Source: Paraspadella gotoi (taxonomy: Eukaryota > Animalia > Chaetognatha). Taken from it: a DNA stretch of 64,000 nucleotides. This document shows positions 12,638 to 26,170 of this stretch, one piece after another. A program made the position numbers and the translations under genes. The stretch is taken from the NCBI GenBank assembly GCA_051294375.1, contig CM119263.1:3680785-3744784 (forward strand), read 5' to 3'. The notes below the pieces were generated by a model. The model saw only the letters and a program-made list of their open reading frames with translations. It was not told where the DNA came from and ran no database searches. The number at the start of each line of letters is the position of its first letter. The stretch's first letter is position 1.

Positions 12638-13236
12638 CTGCGAAAGGAAACAAAGAGCGAAAACGAAGTCGCCGCTAATTGTTTATGGCGTCGATGGGAG
12701 GAGGAACAATTGGAGCCGGTGGAGGAAAAAGGAAAAAAGGAAAGGGGGAAGAAGGAAAAGTAAGAAAAGAGAATATAGTGAAAAAAAGGAAAAAAGGAAA
12801 GGGAGGAAGAAAAAAAAGAAAGAGAATAAAGTGGGAGGACAAAAACAAAAAGAAAAAGGAGGTAAGAAGGAAAATAGGAAAGAGAATAAGTGAAGGAAAA
12901 AAGGAAAAAGAAAAGGGAGGAAGAAGAAAAAAAGGAAAGAGAATTATAGTGAGGAAAAAGGAAAAGGAAGGAAGGAAGGTGGGGAGAGAAGAAAAGAAGA
13001 GAGAATAAAGTGGAGGACAAAAGGAAAAAAGGAAAGGGAGAAAAGAAGGAAAAAGGAAAAGAGAATATAGTAAGAGAAAAAAGGAAAAATGGAAAGGGAG
13101 GAAGGTTGGAGGAAGGGGTAAGAAGGGAAAGAGAAGGAAGGTTGAGGAAGAAAAAAAAAATTAAAGGAGAAACAAGAATAAAGTGGAGGAAAAGAAAAAA
13201 GTTGAAGAAAAGAAAGGAAAGTGAAGAAAAGAGAAA

Positions 13237-13652
13237 AACAAGAACGGTAATTCAAATGTGTTTGCGCCCTGCAGTGAACATAGCACGTGTTTATTTTAAC
13301 ATGATATGACATTATATGACATGAGACGGTGACATGATATGACTACATGACTACCATAACTTTCTTGGCCCGTGCATTATGACAAGCAACTCCATCGGAA
13401 TTTAGTCTTTTTGCCTTTTGTCTTTATTTCCTGAAGGTCGGTGCGCTAGCAGTCCTTAGATTTGAGGTTTTTTCTAAGTCTTAACAAATGATCAAACAAC
13501 TATATTCAAGTTAATGAAAAATTTTAACGTAAGTGGGACAGACGCGACGGACAGGCATACAAATGGACCGACGATTCGACCGGAACAGACCGACCAAAAT
13601 TTGGACGTTACTGAAGTTGTTCGCGCGAGTAGTTCGCAGTCGCAACTAAAAA
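13237..13652 (-). mobile_element. HINE-like element family 1 (inside duplication copy B)
   Basis: Same element and flanks as 499-896. Confidence 0.7.
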
Positions 13653-14510
13653 GAGGAAAGTTAAAGGGGAGAGAGATATTGATCAATAAAAGAGACGGGG
13701 AAGGAAAAAAGTAAAAACAGTAAATGGAAAGAAGGCATGGAATAGGAGGAAAGTAAAGCAAGGAGAACAGGTGAAGCAGGTTTTAGGAATAAAAGATGAA
13801 AATAAAGAGGAAGGAAAAGATATAGAAATGAGAAAGAGAAAGATGTGAGAGAATATTAAAGCGACGTCGGGAGGTGTTTGAGTTGGTCCAGAAATTTTAT
13901 CCAATGAGATTTCTTTTCTTTGAGCGACTCTTTTATTTCGTTTAAAAAACTTGCGATAAATAGGGCTTCTTCGATAATTACAATAGTGAGGGTATAATGA
14001 TTAATTATATTTTTTTTGAAAATATTTTTGTAGTTATTATCAAAAAATATTTGTTACCTTTTGACTTTGAAGAGGAGAATTTCGCCCTTTGACTCTCGAT
14101 GTGATTGAAATACATTTTTTGTTTTTTTTTCTTTAGTCGACATCGAAAAAAAAATGAGACTAAATTTTTAATATATTATTATATATATATGTATTAAAAG
14201 GAAAACAAATAGCCTCTAGCGGCGTATATTTATTGTTTAAAAAATAAGAAAAGGGCATGTGGTTTTTAATTGTTAATCAGATTTAAAGTCAAGTTTTCGT
14301 TTTGTTAATATATACACAAAGTGGTCAATTTTTGTTTTGGTGATAAATCGCTTTACTTTTTTTTATTCCGTTTTTCTTTTCGATCAAAGTTTCTCCGTAA
14401 AGTTTAATTTTTAAGCACTTGGAGTGGAATGTAGTTAAGTTTTAGACGTAATTCCATGTACCTTTTACAAGCCGGGAGAGAGGAGAGAGAGAGAGAGAAA
14501 TAGGGAAAAA

Positions 14511-14546
<36 letters not shown>

Positions 14547-17500
14547 AGAAGAAAGAGAGAGAGATGAGAGAAAATTCGCAAAGGACTGTGAGTCTATCGA
14601 CGGAAGGCGCTGTCAAGAGACGATCAGGTGCGGTCACGACGACGGGAAGGCGAATAGAAGGAGACAGGCGTTAGAGGAGAGGGAGAGAGAGACAGGCTTT
14701 AGAGGGAGAGCGGAGACTGGCGATAGAGGGAGAGGGGGGGAGAGACAGACGATAGAGGGAGAGGTAGACAGTGATAGAGGGAAAGAGGGAGACAGGCGAA
14801 AGAGGGAACAGTTGATAGAGGAGCGAAAGCAGGGAGACAGTGGAGAGAGAGTCAGCTCATTAGAAAGAAGAAGAAGCATTCGAGTGAGACTAAAGTCAGG
14901 CTCTCCTTGAGGACGAACAGTCATTAAAACGCAGATGAACAGCGTTGGAGTTTGAACGAGAGACGTGAATAGTTCACAGTGAAAGTCTGCGACGAAACGC
15001 GCGAAGGCGAAAGTTGAAGGAGTGGTTGATCAGCAATTTGACAAAAAAAAACCCCCAAGAAAAAGCGATAGGTTTTTTTCGGTGATTTGTCGTTGGGATC
15101 AGTCTTACGGTAATTATTCTTGGGGTGATTCAATCAAGCAATGAATATTTGTTAGTTTATGTTATAACAGAAATATTTTTTAAATATTTTCCGCCAAAGT
15201 GAGTTTTTTGTCGATCTTCCTGCCGTGAAAGTGATCACCGATCAATACGAATTCTCCTTCGTGATTTCCTCCTGGTGAATTCTTCCTCTGATCTTCGACC
15301 TCGTGGAATCTCAACCGGTCTCGTTATCCAATCGATTTTTCGAGTCACGAATCGCGACTCGCCCGCAGTGTTTGTTGTGGCGTGTTGTTGTTGTTGTAGG
15401 CTTTCATTACAGTTGGTGAACGCAAATGAAGTCTAGATTCAATGATCGTCGCCAACAGTTTTTTTTTCATCCTTTGTTTCTTCCTTGTTTCTTTTTTTTG
15501 CTTCTGTTTTTATTTATTTTCAGATAGTTTTTTGATTGTTTGTCAACTGTCCAAAAAAAGAAATCACAGACTGATAATATAAAAACAAACAAAAATAACA
15601 TCAAACAACAACAACAACAACCAACACGACGAACGACGACGAACGCGATGAAAAAAGATTCAAGTTTCTCCTCTCACTTTTTTTTCACAATTTTTTTTCT
15701 GACGCTTTTCGTCGTCTGACTCTTTTGTTTTTCATGTTTGCATGCGTTTGAGCATGCGTTTGCATGTGAACGAGGCAACAGCGACTGTGGTTTTTTCTGT
15801 CCTCCCGTCTTGCTTGCATCTCTTTGCCTTTGGTTTCCTCGACTGCCTTTCGCTACAAGATGGACGTTGAGAAATAAGAAGGAGGTAAGCAATGGTGGAT
15901 GTGAATCACTGAACTGTTAAAAAAGTGTGAAGAAGTGGATGGGTGAGGTACGAGTGAGAAAAGACGAGTGTAGTTAAAGTTAAAGTAAGTTAAAAGTTAT
16001 CGAGTGGTGAAGGTAAAATCGATGAAGGTTTTTTTATGATGGAAAAACTCAAGATCGCGATTTTTAACTCGAGGACAAAATTTAGCATCTTTGTTCTTCT
16101 ATTAAAGAGAAATAGTAAGAAAAGTGACGAATGTTTTAGAAACACAGATATTATTTACATTTTATAATGAAAATAAATGAAAAGAAAAGCGAAAGATTAA
16201 AATCGTAAGTACTAATGAATGAAAAAAAATGTATCTTTATTTTTAAAAAAATTAAAGTTTATCATTGATTTATTTTTTAGTTAGGCTGTCAGTCGGGACC
16301 GAGGAATTTATTTTCAAATTTGTTTTACCCCTAACGAGGAAGCGCATGCGCAGAAGGCGAAGGGGAAAACTAGCAACAACAACAACAACAATTCTCTCTC
16401 TCTCTCTCGAGATTCTTTACGCGCGACCAAACAATGAAAAGATAAAACTAAAAGGACATCGAAGTTCATAGGAAAAAATAAAATGACATCTGATATCCTG
16501 AGTGGAGCGCCGAAGTCATTTAAAAGGTGATATCTGAATGGAGCTGAATGTCAATTTACAGGTGGATAATCCTGAAGTGGGAGCCGAAAGTCATTTACAA
16601 GGTGATATCTCGTGAAGCTGAAGTGGATATCTGAGTTAAGGCTGAAGTGATTTCGGAGTATAGTTGAAGTCATTACAAGGTGATATCTGAGTAGAGCGAA
16701 CCTTCGTTAAGCGGCAGTAAGATATCTGAGTAGAGCAGAAGCCATTACTTTTTTTTAAAACGTGAAAGAACGATAACAACAAGGAGGGCTGACGAGGATG
16801 AAAATGACGACGAATAACGACGAAGAGAACGAATGAATGACGACATTGACGCGACGAAACACTGACCAGGACGACGATACCGATGAACGACGACGACCGA
16901 CGAAGACGACGACGACGAGTCCACGACCTGTAGCGATAAACTTTTGACGTGAGGGAAGACAAATGAATAATTATAATGATAAAGAAAGATGTTAAGTGGA
17001 AGATGAATAATTTGTCGATCTCCGAGAAGTTGAAGAAAGTTGAATGACAAGGTTGATGTTGTATGTATTGAGAGAGAGAAGGAATAATAAAAAAAATGTC
17101 TTAACTGATTTTAAGGGTTTGATTATATTTAGACTTTTGATTATTTAAATGCAAAGTAATCAAGAAAATACATTTCGAATGAGGGCGATTACCTTTTACC
17201 CTAGTAGTGAGATAGCAGTAGAAGGGCTTACATTTAATTTTAAATGTTAATGAAAAGAAATAGTAAGAAGATGTAAAAATAGAAAAAAAAAAGCGGGGGG
17301 TAGGAAAAAACCAAAAAAAACAAAAAACACATCGAAAAGACGAAGTGAAACGACGACGACAACAGACGACAACGAGGCATAATCGTCGTTGTTGACGATA
17401 AACAGATGTCGCTAAAGAGAAAAAACTCGGCAGATGGCGGAAGCCATAGATTGTTCGTCGACAGGTTGCAAGTATGGAAAATTGCTTCAGGTGCAAAGGC

Positions 17501-17566
17501 CGAAAGCTAGACCGGACGTTAGAGTGCAGATTGTGGAGGTGGCGGAAAGAGAAAAGAGTGTGGCGG

Positions 17567-18188
17567 AGTGGTCATTATGCTGTGGAAAGTATGGTATTTT
17601 AGAGATAAAATTGAATGTCATTATGTTGTGGAAAAAGTATGGTGTTTTAAGAGATAAAATTGGATGTCATTATGTGTGGAAAAAGTATGGTGTTTTAGAG
17701 ATAAAATTGAGTGTCATTATGTGTGAAAAAGTATCGGTGTTTTAGAGATAAAATTGAGTGTCATTATGTGGTGGAAAGTAATGGTGTTTTANNNNNNNNN
17801 NNNNNNNNNNNNNNNNGAGATAAAATTGAGTGTCATTATGTGTGGAAAAGTATGGTATTTTAAAGATAAAATTGAGTGTCACTATGTGTGGAAAAGTATG
17901 GTGTTTTAGAGATAAAATTGAGTGTCATTATGTGGGGAAAAGTATGGTGTTTTAGAGGTAAAATTGAGTGTCATTATGTGTGAAAAAGTATGGTGTTTTA
18001 GAGGTAAAATTGAGTGTCATTATGTGTGGAAAAGTATGGTGTTTTAGAGGTAAAATTGAGTGTCATTATGTGTGGAAAAGTAAGGTGTTTTAGAGATAAA
18101 ATTGAGTGTCATTATGTGTTGAAAAGTATGGTGTTTTAGAGATAAAATTGAGTGTCATTATGTGTGGAAAAGTATGGTGTTTTAGAGA
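17567..18188 (+). repeat. 46-bp minisatellite (duplicate), interrupted by a 25-N gap
   Basis: Same unit as 4711-5350. Confidence 0.95.
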
Positions 18189-19265
18189 GTTAAGTATAAC
18201 TGTGGCCAGTGGGGAATGTGTAGAGGCGCCGTCCTCTTCGGAGTTCTGGGGTTTTTCAACGCCAAAGTCGATGACCCTCAAGAAGTCAAGAATTTCCTTT
18301 CTCAATTTGAGGGGATCGAAAATCGAAATGGTTTTCAGATGGAGGATTAGCAGATTGACGTGGAGATTGGGGTCTGCAATGGAGCATTGACAAGGGCACA
18401 GATTGGCGTTTCAATTGACGCACTGACGAGAGCAAAGATTCGCATCTGGAATGGCGTAATGACAAAGGCACAGAGTGGCATTTGCCTTGGCACACTGACA
18501 AAAGCAAAGATTGGCGTCTGCAATGGCGTAATGACAAGAGTATAGATTTGAGTCTCCATTGGCGCTCTGATTGGCATCTGTAATGGCGCAAGGTGAAAGT
18601 CACAGATTGGCTTCAGCATTGGCGTAATGACAAAAGCACAGATTGGCTTTTGCATTGGCGCACTGACGAGAGCAAACATCGACGATTGCTATTGCGATGC
18701 ACAAATTGCGTTTCTCATCTCCCATAATTCGAATCCAAATCAAATCTTCCAAAAGTCGAGTTTAGATTTTGGATTCAATGTGGCGTGTCAGTCGTGACAG
18801 AAGCTGTCACTGCGATGACAGGAGATGTCACGGTAGAGAGAAGGTGAGACGCGGACGACACCTCGACGAGACGAGAGGAGATGGGATATGATGTGAACGT
18901 GAAACTAAATGAGGCGAATGAAAAAAAAAATGTAAGGATGATGGGAAGATGAAACGATTACGAAACGAAAATGAATAGACGCTGAGATGATACACTGGAG
19001 ACGTAGAAATGACAGGAGATGACACGGTTTCTGACGGAGATTTGACAGGAGATGTAACGGTTGTTGACGGAGATTTGACAGGAGATGACACGGTTGCTGA
19101 CTGACAAATGACAAGAGATTAAGCGTTGGGTGACAGATATGATTGAGTTGTGGATTTTTAGCTGGAAAGATAAAACTGAGAAGAAGGAAAATCTTTTTCC
19201 GACTCCAGATGTAAAATAGATTCAGGTGAACGGAAAAAGAATAAAAGCAAACGTAGTTTATGATG

Positions 19266-19327
<62 letters not shown>

Positions 19328-19485
19328 GTTAATTGCGTTAATTTCCTGAGGCGAAAACGGAAAAAGATGGTGAAGCAAGTTTCTCCTTGGTTGACATGTT
19401 TTCCTCTAATTTATTGTTCGACATTCGTCCGAGAGAGAAAGAGAGAGAGGGAGAGAGAAGGAGAGAGAGAGATAAAGAGGGAGAA

Positions 19486-19518
<33 letters not shown>

Positions 19519-19604
19519 AAAAAAAATTTCGTCCTAAAAAAACGAAACATTTTTTTTTCCTTTTGAAGTTTACGCGAAAAACACGGAGATGATAAATGGA
19601 AAAT

Positions 19605-19885
19605 AGTGAATTTTAAATGGTGAATGGTGAATTTTAATTGATGAATGTTAAATTGTGAATGTTAAAAGATGAATGTTAAATGGAGAATGGTGAATTTGAA
19701 TTGATGAATGTTAAATTGTGAATGTTAAATTGCTAATGTTAAATGACGAATGTTAAATGGTGAATGTAAAATGGTGAATGTAAAATGGTTAATGTTGAAT
19801 GGTGAATGTTAAATGATGAATTTTGAATGGTGAATTTTGAATGGTGAATGTTAAATGGTGAATGTTAAATTGAGAATCGTGAATG
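19605..19885 (+). repeat. 14-bp minisatellite AATGGTGAATGTTA
   Basis: About 20 degenerate units. Confidence 0.9.
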
Positions 19886-21644
19886 GCAAATTGTCAACTT
19901 ATGCTTGAATAAGGCAAACTTGTCTACAGTTGGGCTAAATTTATTTTCGTCCCCAAAACGAACATTTTTTTTCTCAGAAAAATGGAATTTAAATTTATTG
20001 GTTCCCTGAAGAAAAAAGTGACAACAAATTACAAATATAATGAAAGGAAAAAGAAAAGTGAAAAACGAAAAAAAAATAACAAATTGAGAAATAAGCAATA
20101 GGCATCGGAAGAACAAATACGAGGAAAAACAAAGATGGAAACACGAAAAAAGATATTTGAGAAAAATTATGGGAGAAAATGATTGTGACCGGGCATGAGG
20201 TGGAAAGCAAGCAAAGGCAAGCAGAGGGAAGCAAAAAGAGGCAGAAGGAAAGTAATAAAACAAAAAGGAAAATGGAACATNNNNNNNNNNNNNNNNNNNN
20301 NNNNNNNNNNNNNNNNNNNNNNNNNNNNNNNNNNNNNNNNNNNNNNNNNNNNNNNNNNNNNNNNNNNNNNNNNNNNNNNNNNNNNNNNNNNNNNNNNNNN
20401 NNNNNNNNNNNNNNNNNNNNNNNNNNNNNNNNAATTTAAAAAAAGTTTATTTCTAAAAAAGGAAAAGGAAAAGAAAAAAGATAAAAGAAAAGAAAAGAGT
20501 GAGTGGGAGTGGGAGCCACCTGTAGGCGAGAGAAGGAAAAAAAGAATAAGAATAAGAGAAGATAAAGAGAGGTTTAGAGGGTTAGACAGCTAAGACGGCG
20601 ACCTGGGCATTAGACGAAATTAGGTAATAAAGACCTAAAAGTACTTTTTGCTAAAAAAGGAAGTCCAGCTAAATTAAGAATAGAAACATTCATTTTTATT
20701 CATAAAAAAATTGGAAAACAATGGCTAAAAATACGTAAAGGACTTAACGAAAAAACAACTTTGTACAAAAATTATATTTTTCTCAATCCAAAAAATATAA
20801 GACTATAGTTTTTCTATTTTAATGCTTAGTTCAGAAATGATCGTATGAAATGATGAAACACAAACAAGTTTGCGTTGTTGAGTTTTCCTTAATTTATTTT
20901 TGGCGCCAAAGTTGGAACCACAGACCAAATTTGGCAGCGAAAATCGGCGCAACAATAAAACAAAAACAAAGGATTTTAGGAGAAACAACCTGTGTTTCGG
21001 TAACGTGTTAAGGTGAAAAGAACTATAGTAAACAAAATTGTAATAAGATCATCAGTTTTGGGAGATTATTGTGTAGCTTAAATGTTTAACTATTTATTAT
21101 TATTTAAGCTTTCTCGGCCTAATACTAAATATTTATTTGGCTGACGACGATTAAGGATTTAACCTATTTTAAATGTTTATTTACATTAATTTTAAGTTAA
21201 TTTTACTTTCCCCGACCTGGGTTAAGGGGGGGTTTAGGATTAAGGGTTTACTTTTTTTTAAATGAGTATTTTTAAGTAGTTTTTCAAAAGAAGCCAAAAC
21301 CCCCGGTCACCGAAAGTAAAATTGTTTATGAACAAATAACGTGTCATAAGAATTGAGTTATGAACTAATTAAAAACGTATCGTGAAAACGTTCAACCTCG
21401 TATCATATTTTCGAGGCAACTAAAAATTCTACAAATTCAAATTCAAATGTCATTTAAAATAACCCAGATAGCCTCGTCACCATTTTTTCCTTCTTCTTCA
21501 AATTATTCGTCGACGCGACTCTCGATCGCGAAATCGGGAAACTAGAGACAAAGATATCGAATCATTGGGCGTCGGACGTCGAGCCGTTCTGCCTCTACAA
21601 CAATCATTAGAAATAAATCAATACGATAAATACTTATAAAATTA

Positions 21645-21721
<77 letters not shown>

Positions 21722-22466
21722 TTTGTCAAAAAAAATATCTCCACGAATGAATTATTCTTGTGACGTTTTGAGCCTAAAATTTCTGCTCCTCAAAGAAGTA
21801 AAAAAACTTTTCATTGATTTTCGTCTTCAACATGTTATTATATATATCTTATATTTAGTTCAAACGTTTAACAATCATAAGTTTAAATTTAAATTAAAAA
21901 AAAAGCCAATTTATCCTTTTCAACAGTTGATTAATTTCAATTTAATATTTAATGACTGAAACCGAAACATGAAAATATTGTATATATGAACAACAACGAA
22001 ATGAAAACAGCAACGAGTGAAAGTCGAAAAATAAAACAACTTCTGAATTTGACATCAAATATCAAAAAGCAACCGAAGCAGAATTTCCAGACAAAAGAAA
22101 AGAAAAGAAAAAAAAACATTTTATGAAACATTTTTTTTTTGTGGATTTTTTCTCATTCGACTTTTTTTTTAATTGAAAAGAAAATTGAATCTTAAAATTT
22201 TAAATTTTATTTCTTTTCGCCGATAAAATACTTTTTTTATTGATGGATAGTAATACAGATAATGTGTTTATTAATGATACTGATTCAATCATTATAATGC
22301 CGTTTTTTTAAAGTCACATTAATAAATAACAGTAAAATATTTAAAATAATAAAAGTTTACTTAGATTGGGTTAAAAACGAAAATTAAAAATTAACGAATT
22401 CTTGGCTTCTTCTGTGACAAGGCGACTTAGGCAAAAAAAATGGAGAATCCCACGCATCTGAATACC

Positions 22467-22525
<59 letters not shown>

Positions 22526-22976
22526 TACCCTCGTTCCACCCGTAAATTATTTTCCTAATGTATGGAAATTTTCAAATCGGGAAATTTTTTTAATTTTGGA
22601 AATTAAAACATAATTAAAAGCAAAAATATTTTTTTAACGATTATTTGATAATTTAGTTCTACCGTTTCAGCATTAATATTTTTATTATTATCATTTTCCC
22701 AGTAGATAGTAAGAAATAAGCGCAAAGATATGTTTACATGGAAAAAAGAATCTTATGCTTGGATTCGTTTGCAATAAAAAAATCCTAATTTTGATGCCAG
22801 AAACTTTTGTATCTTGCGGGAATAAATGTTTTCTCTCTCGGCGAAAAAACAAACAATCGGATTTTTTTTCCCTGTTGCTAGAGAAAAGCAAACTATTTCT
22901 GGAGAAGAAGCACTTTCTGCCAATTTATTGCAGAACATCTGTCGCGAAAGAGGACGGAAAAAAGAGAGGGAGAGAA

Positions 22977-23037
<61 letters not shown>

Positions 23038-23314
23038 AAGCTTTTTTTTTAATTTGATTTTCTGCTTCCATATAATCCGGAGGTATTGCCATTTAGTGTT
23101 GTTACCATCTGTATGGTATTCCATATTCTACTTTTTGCCTCTTCTTGCATTGACATAGTATTTTGCCATTTCTCTCTTCTACCATCTTCCTACACTGGAA
23201 TTCCTCAGTACCACCCATTGGTCACTGCCGTCAACCCTCTCGTCGTCAAAGAGCATTAACGTTATTTGACCTTCTTCTCCTCTTGGCCCTGGTCGTTCGT
23301 TGGTGCCGTTACTC

Positions 23315-23560
23315 TCCGATTGCTGATGGCGTTTCCCTCGATTGCAGATGCCATTGCTTTGGATTGCAGATGGCGTTGTATTCAATTACAGATGGCGTTG
23401 CCATCCATTTCAGATGCCGTTCCTCTTGTTTGCAGATGGCAATGCCCTCAATTTCAGACACCGTTGCGCTTGATTGCAGATGGCGTTGTCATCAATTGCA
23501 GATGGCGTTGCCCTAGATCGACGATGGCGTTACCCTCGATTTCACAAGGCGTTGCTCTTT
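23315..23560 (+). repeat. 22-bp minisatellite GATTGCAGATGGCGTTGCCCTC
   Basis: About 11 degenerate units with a CAGATGGCGTTG core. Confidence 0.85.
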
Positions 23561-25989
23561 TACGGCGTCGCTCGTTTCCGTTAATGATATGATGAGGCCT
23601 TTTATTGGTGGGTCAAAGAGAGAAAAGGATTTTCCTTCATTTGAATCTCTTCGTTTCACTGCGCTGATTTCATTATTTATTATTCAAAAATTTCTTAATT
23701 TGTTATTTTATTTTTTATATTAGATCATTTAAATAATCCCGGCGGATGGAAGCCCATCCGCCTATTAGCCGGTTCCATCTGAGTCTCGACCAATCAAAAA
23801 GCTTGATTCCATTTCGGTGATTTCTTCCCGAGTCTCCGATCCGGTTCCAAGTGGTTCCATGCGATTCCATTCGATTCCATTTGATTCCATATTTTTGAAT
23901 TGCTGGATATTCCTATAATGAGATTGAAGAGCAACTGCGGATTAGCCATGAAAATGATCAGTATCGAGAAAAGGAGAGGGAAAACTAGCGGAGTCGAAGT
24001 TCAAAAGTGAACAGGGTGAAGGAGCGAAAGATAAAGAGCATTGGAGCAGGGGCGGGTAGAGGGGTAGACACCGTTCACGTCGACTTGCCCGCCACTGACG
24101 AAAACAAAGGGGAAGCGAAAAAACGTGCGGAATAAGAGAAAACTAAAAAACAAATTACGAGGACAACAAATTGAAAGTTTATTTTTGCATCGTTGTCATT
24201 CGAGTGATAATTTGTGTAAACTGTGTCATTATTTACAATAAACCGTTTAACCGCTTTTAACCGAAAAATGCGGCGAAAAAAACTAAAATACGTAAATCAT
24301 AATTTGACAAAAGAGCGACCCAATCAAGTTGGTGAAATCAAAAGCGTTGCAGCCAAATAGTCGCGAATTGTTGCATTTGAAACGGTTATGACAAAATGAT
24401 GACAATGAAGACGTGTTGAAATAGCAATGGCAAAAAGAAAAATTCTTTGGCTCATTGATGGAAATAGCACGATTGTGGCAAAATGATGTGATTGGGTCAT
24501 GATGGCAAAATGGTAACGACGAATGGAAAGATGAAGCCGACGTCAAAGCAGAAAAGACGAATCGAGAAATTGGAAGCGTCTCTTAAAATTGGTCGACACC
24601 TCGAGAGAGAAAAATGGAGGAGTAGGAGGAGGAGGAGGAGGAGGAGGAAGAAGATGAAGATGAAGAAAAAATCAACGATGACGACGACGACAAGGACGAT
24701 GACGACGATGACAAAAAAGGAAGAGAAATGTGATGACGATGATAAAGAGAAAGAAAAGGACGACGACGACGACGATGACAACGACGATGAAGACGACGAC
24801 GACTTCGAGAGGAAAAGGACCCGGAAATTTCAGGACTTTCAATGAGGGAGAGGAAAGAATAAGACGACGACAACGACAACAACAAAAACCTGGCCCGGAC
24901 AGAATTTTGCATTTTAACAAAAAAAGAGAAAGTCTATGTCGGTATCTGTTCTGCACCCTGTAGTTGGAGGGAGACGCTTCGAGCTTACAACAAAATGCAT
25001 TAGACCTCTCAGTACAAAAACGTTGTTAACGAAAGCTAAAGGATCTCTTGCATTTTTACAAAGCAACTTCTGACAAGGATGTAAAAAACTTAGCCTTTTA
25101 TTCAACAACTGTAACGGGACGACCCTGTAGAGAGTCGAGGACAACGAAAAAGACCTCGCGATGCGTCGATGTTAATGTGGATGACCCTGTATCTCGATCA
25201 ACGAAGAAGGAAAAAGAAATCGAGCGGAAAAATTGGAAGGTGGAAGGTGGATGAGAGGGAGGGACTGGGTGGTGGGTGGAGTGGGTGTTGTCGTGGTGGT
25301 TTGGGGTGAGTTGCTGCGGGGGAATAGAGGGCGAGGTTCTACAAAACAAAGGGCGGGGCTCGATCACACTACAGAACCACAAGAGCAAGGACCGAGAACT
25401 TAAAAGCGTCCCCTCTGAAGGGAGAGAAGGTCTGAGTGAACGGGAAAAGAATATTAAAGGCTTAAAAATCTCCAGGAGACTTAAGACTGAGGTGGGTTTA
25501 GGTTTTAAGGGCTTAAAGGGCAAAGGGCTTAAAGTCTCGAGTATTTGAGGGCAAAGGAATTAAATACTCGGGAATGGAGGTTGACGAGTGGAGAGAGAAG
25601 AGGGAGAGGGAGAGAAGGGGAGGGAGAGAGGGAGGAGGAAAAGGAGAGGGAGAGTGGGAGGAAGAAGAGGGAAGGAAGAAGAGGAGAGGGAGAGAGGGAA
25701 GAAGAAAAGGAGAGATAGGCGAAGAAGAGGAGAGAGAGAGGAAGAAGGAAGAGGAGAGGAAGAGAGGGAGGAGGAAGAGGACAGGGAGGAGGGGAGGAAT
25801 TGAAAGAAGGAGGACGAAGAAGAGGAAGAGAAATCAATTGGCGACATTTGTTGTTGTCCTTTTAGTCACCGTCACCTTCGTCGTCGTCGTCGTCCTCATT
25901 CTCATTCGCTGTCAGCAAGAAAAAAAAAACGAAGCTAAAAAAATGTGTTTTTTTTCTCTGATGAAATTGAGGCTGACGAATGACCATTG

Positions 25990-26165
25990 GGCGCCACCAA
26001 GATCGAACCGGCGCCACTTTTCCACCCGGCGCCCTTTGAATCGATGCTACTGGGCCACCCGGCGCTCTTTGAATCGGCGCTAGTTGGCCACCCGGCGCTC
26101 TTTAACTCGTCGGTCTAAAACGGTGACAGTTTTACACTCGGCGCCTTTTGAATCTGGCGCTTTAT
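25990..26165 (+). repeat. ~32-bp GGCGC-rich repeat CCACCCGGCGCTCTTTGAATCGGCGCTAGTTGG
   Basis: Three good units plus degenerate ones. Confidence 0.75.
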
Positions 26166-26170
26166 TGAAT

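Larger units (their letters stand above)
12733..19603 (+). repeat. Copy B of the ~7 kb direct segmental duplication
   Basis: Begins aggaaagggggaagaaggaaaa as at position 1 and follows 1-7011 colinearly, including the HINE-like element, the 34-, 46- and 36-bp arrays and the AG tracts. Confidence 0.95.

Noticed and set aside
24330-24845. ORF containing KQKRRIEKLEASLKIGRHLERE and an acidic tail
   Set aside because: Mostly GAG/GAC microsatellite with a degenerate TGGCAAAATG repeat upstream. No splice or homology support.
24940-25195. Three ACCCTGTA motifs resembling Tc1/mariner-type TACAGGGT termini
   Set aside because: All are in the same orientation, and no inverted partner defining a MITE was found.
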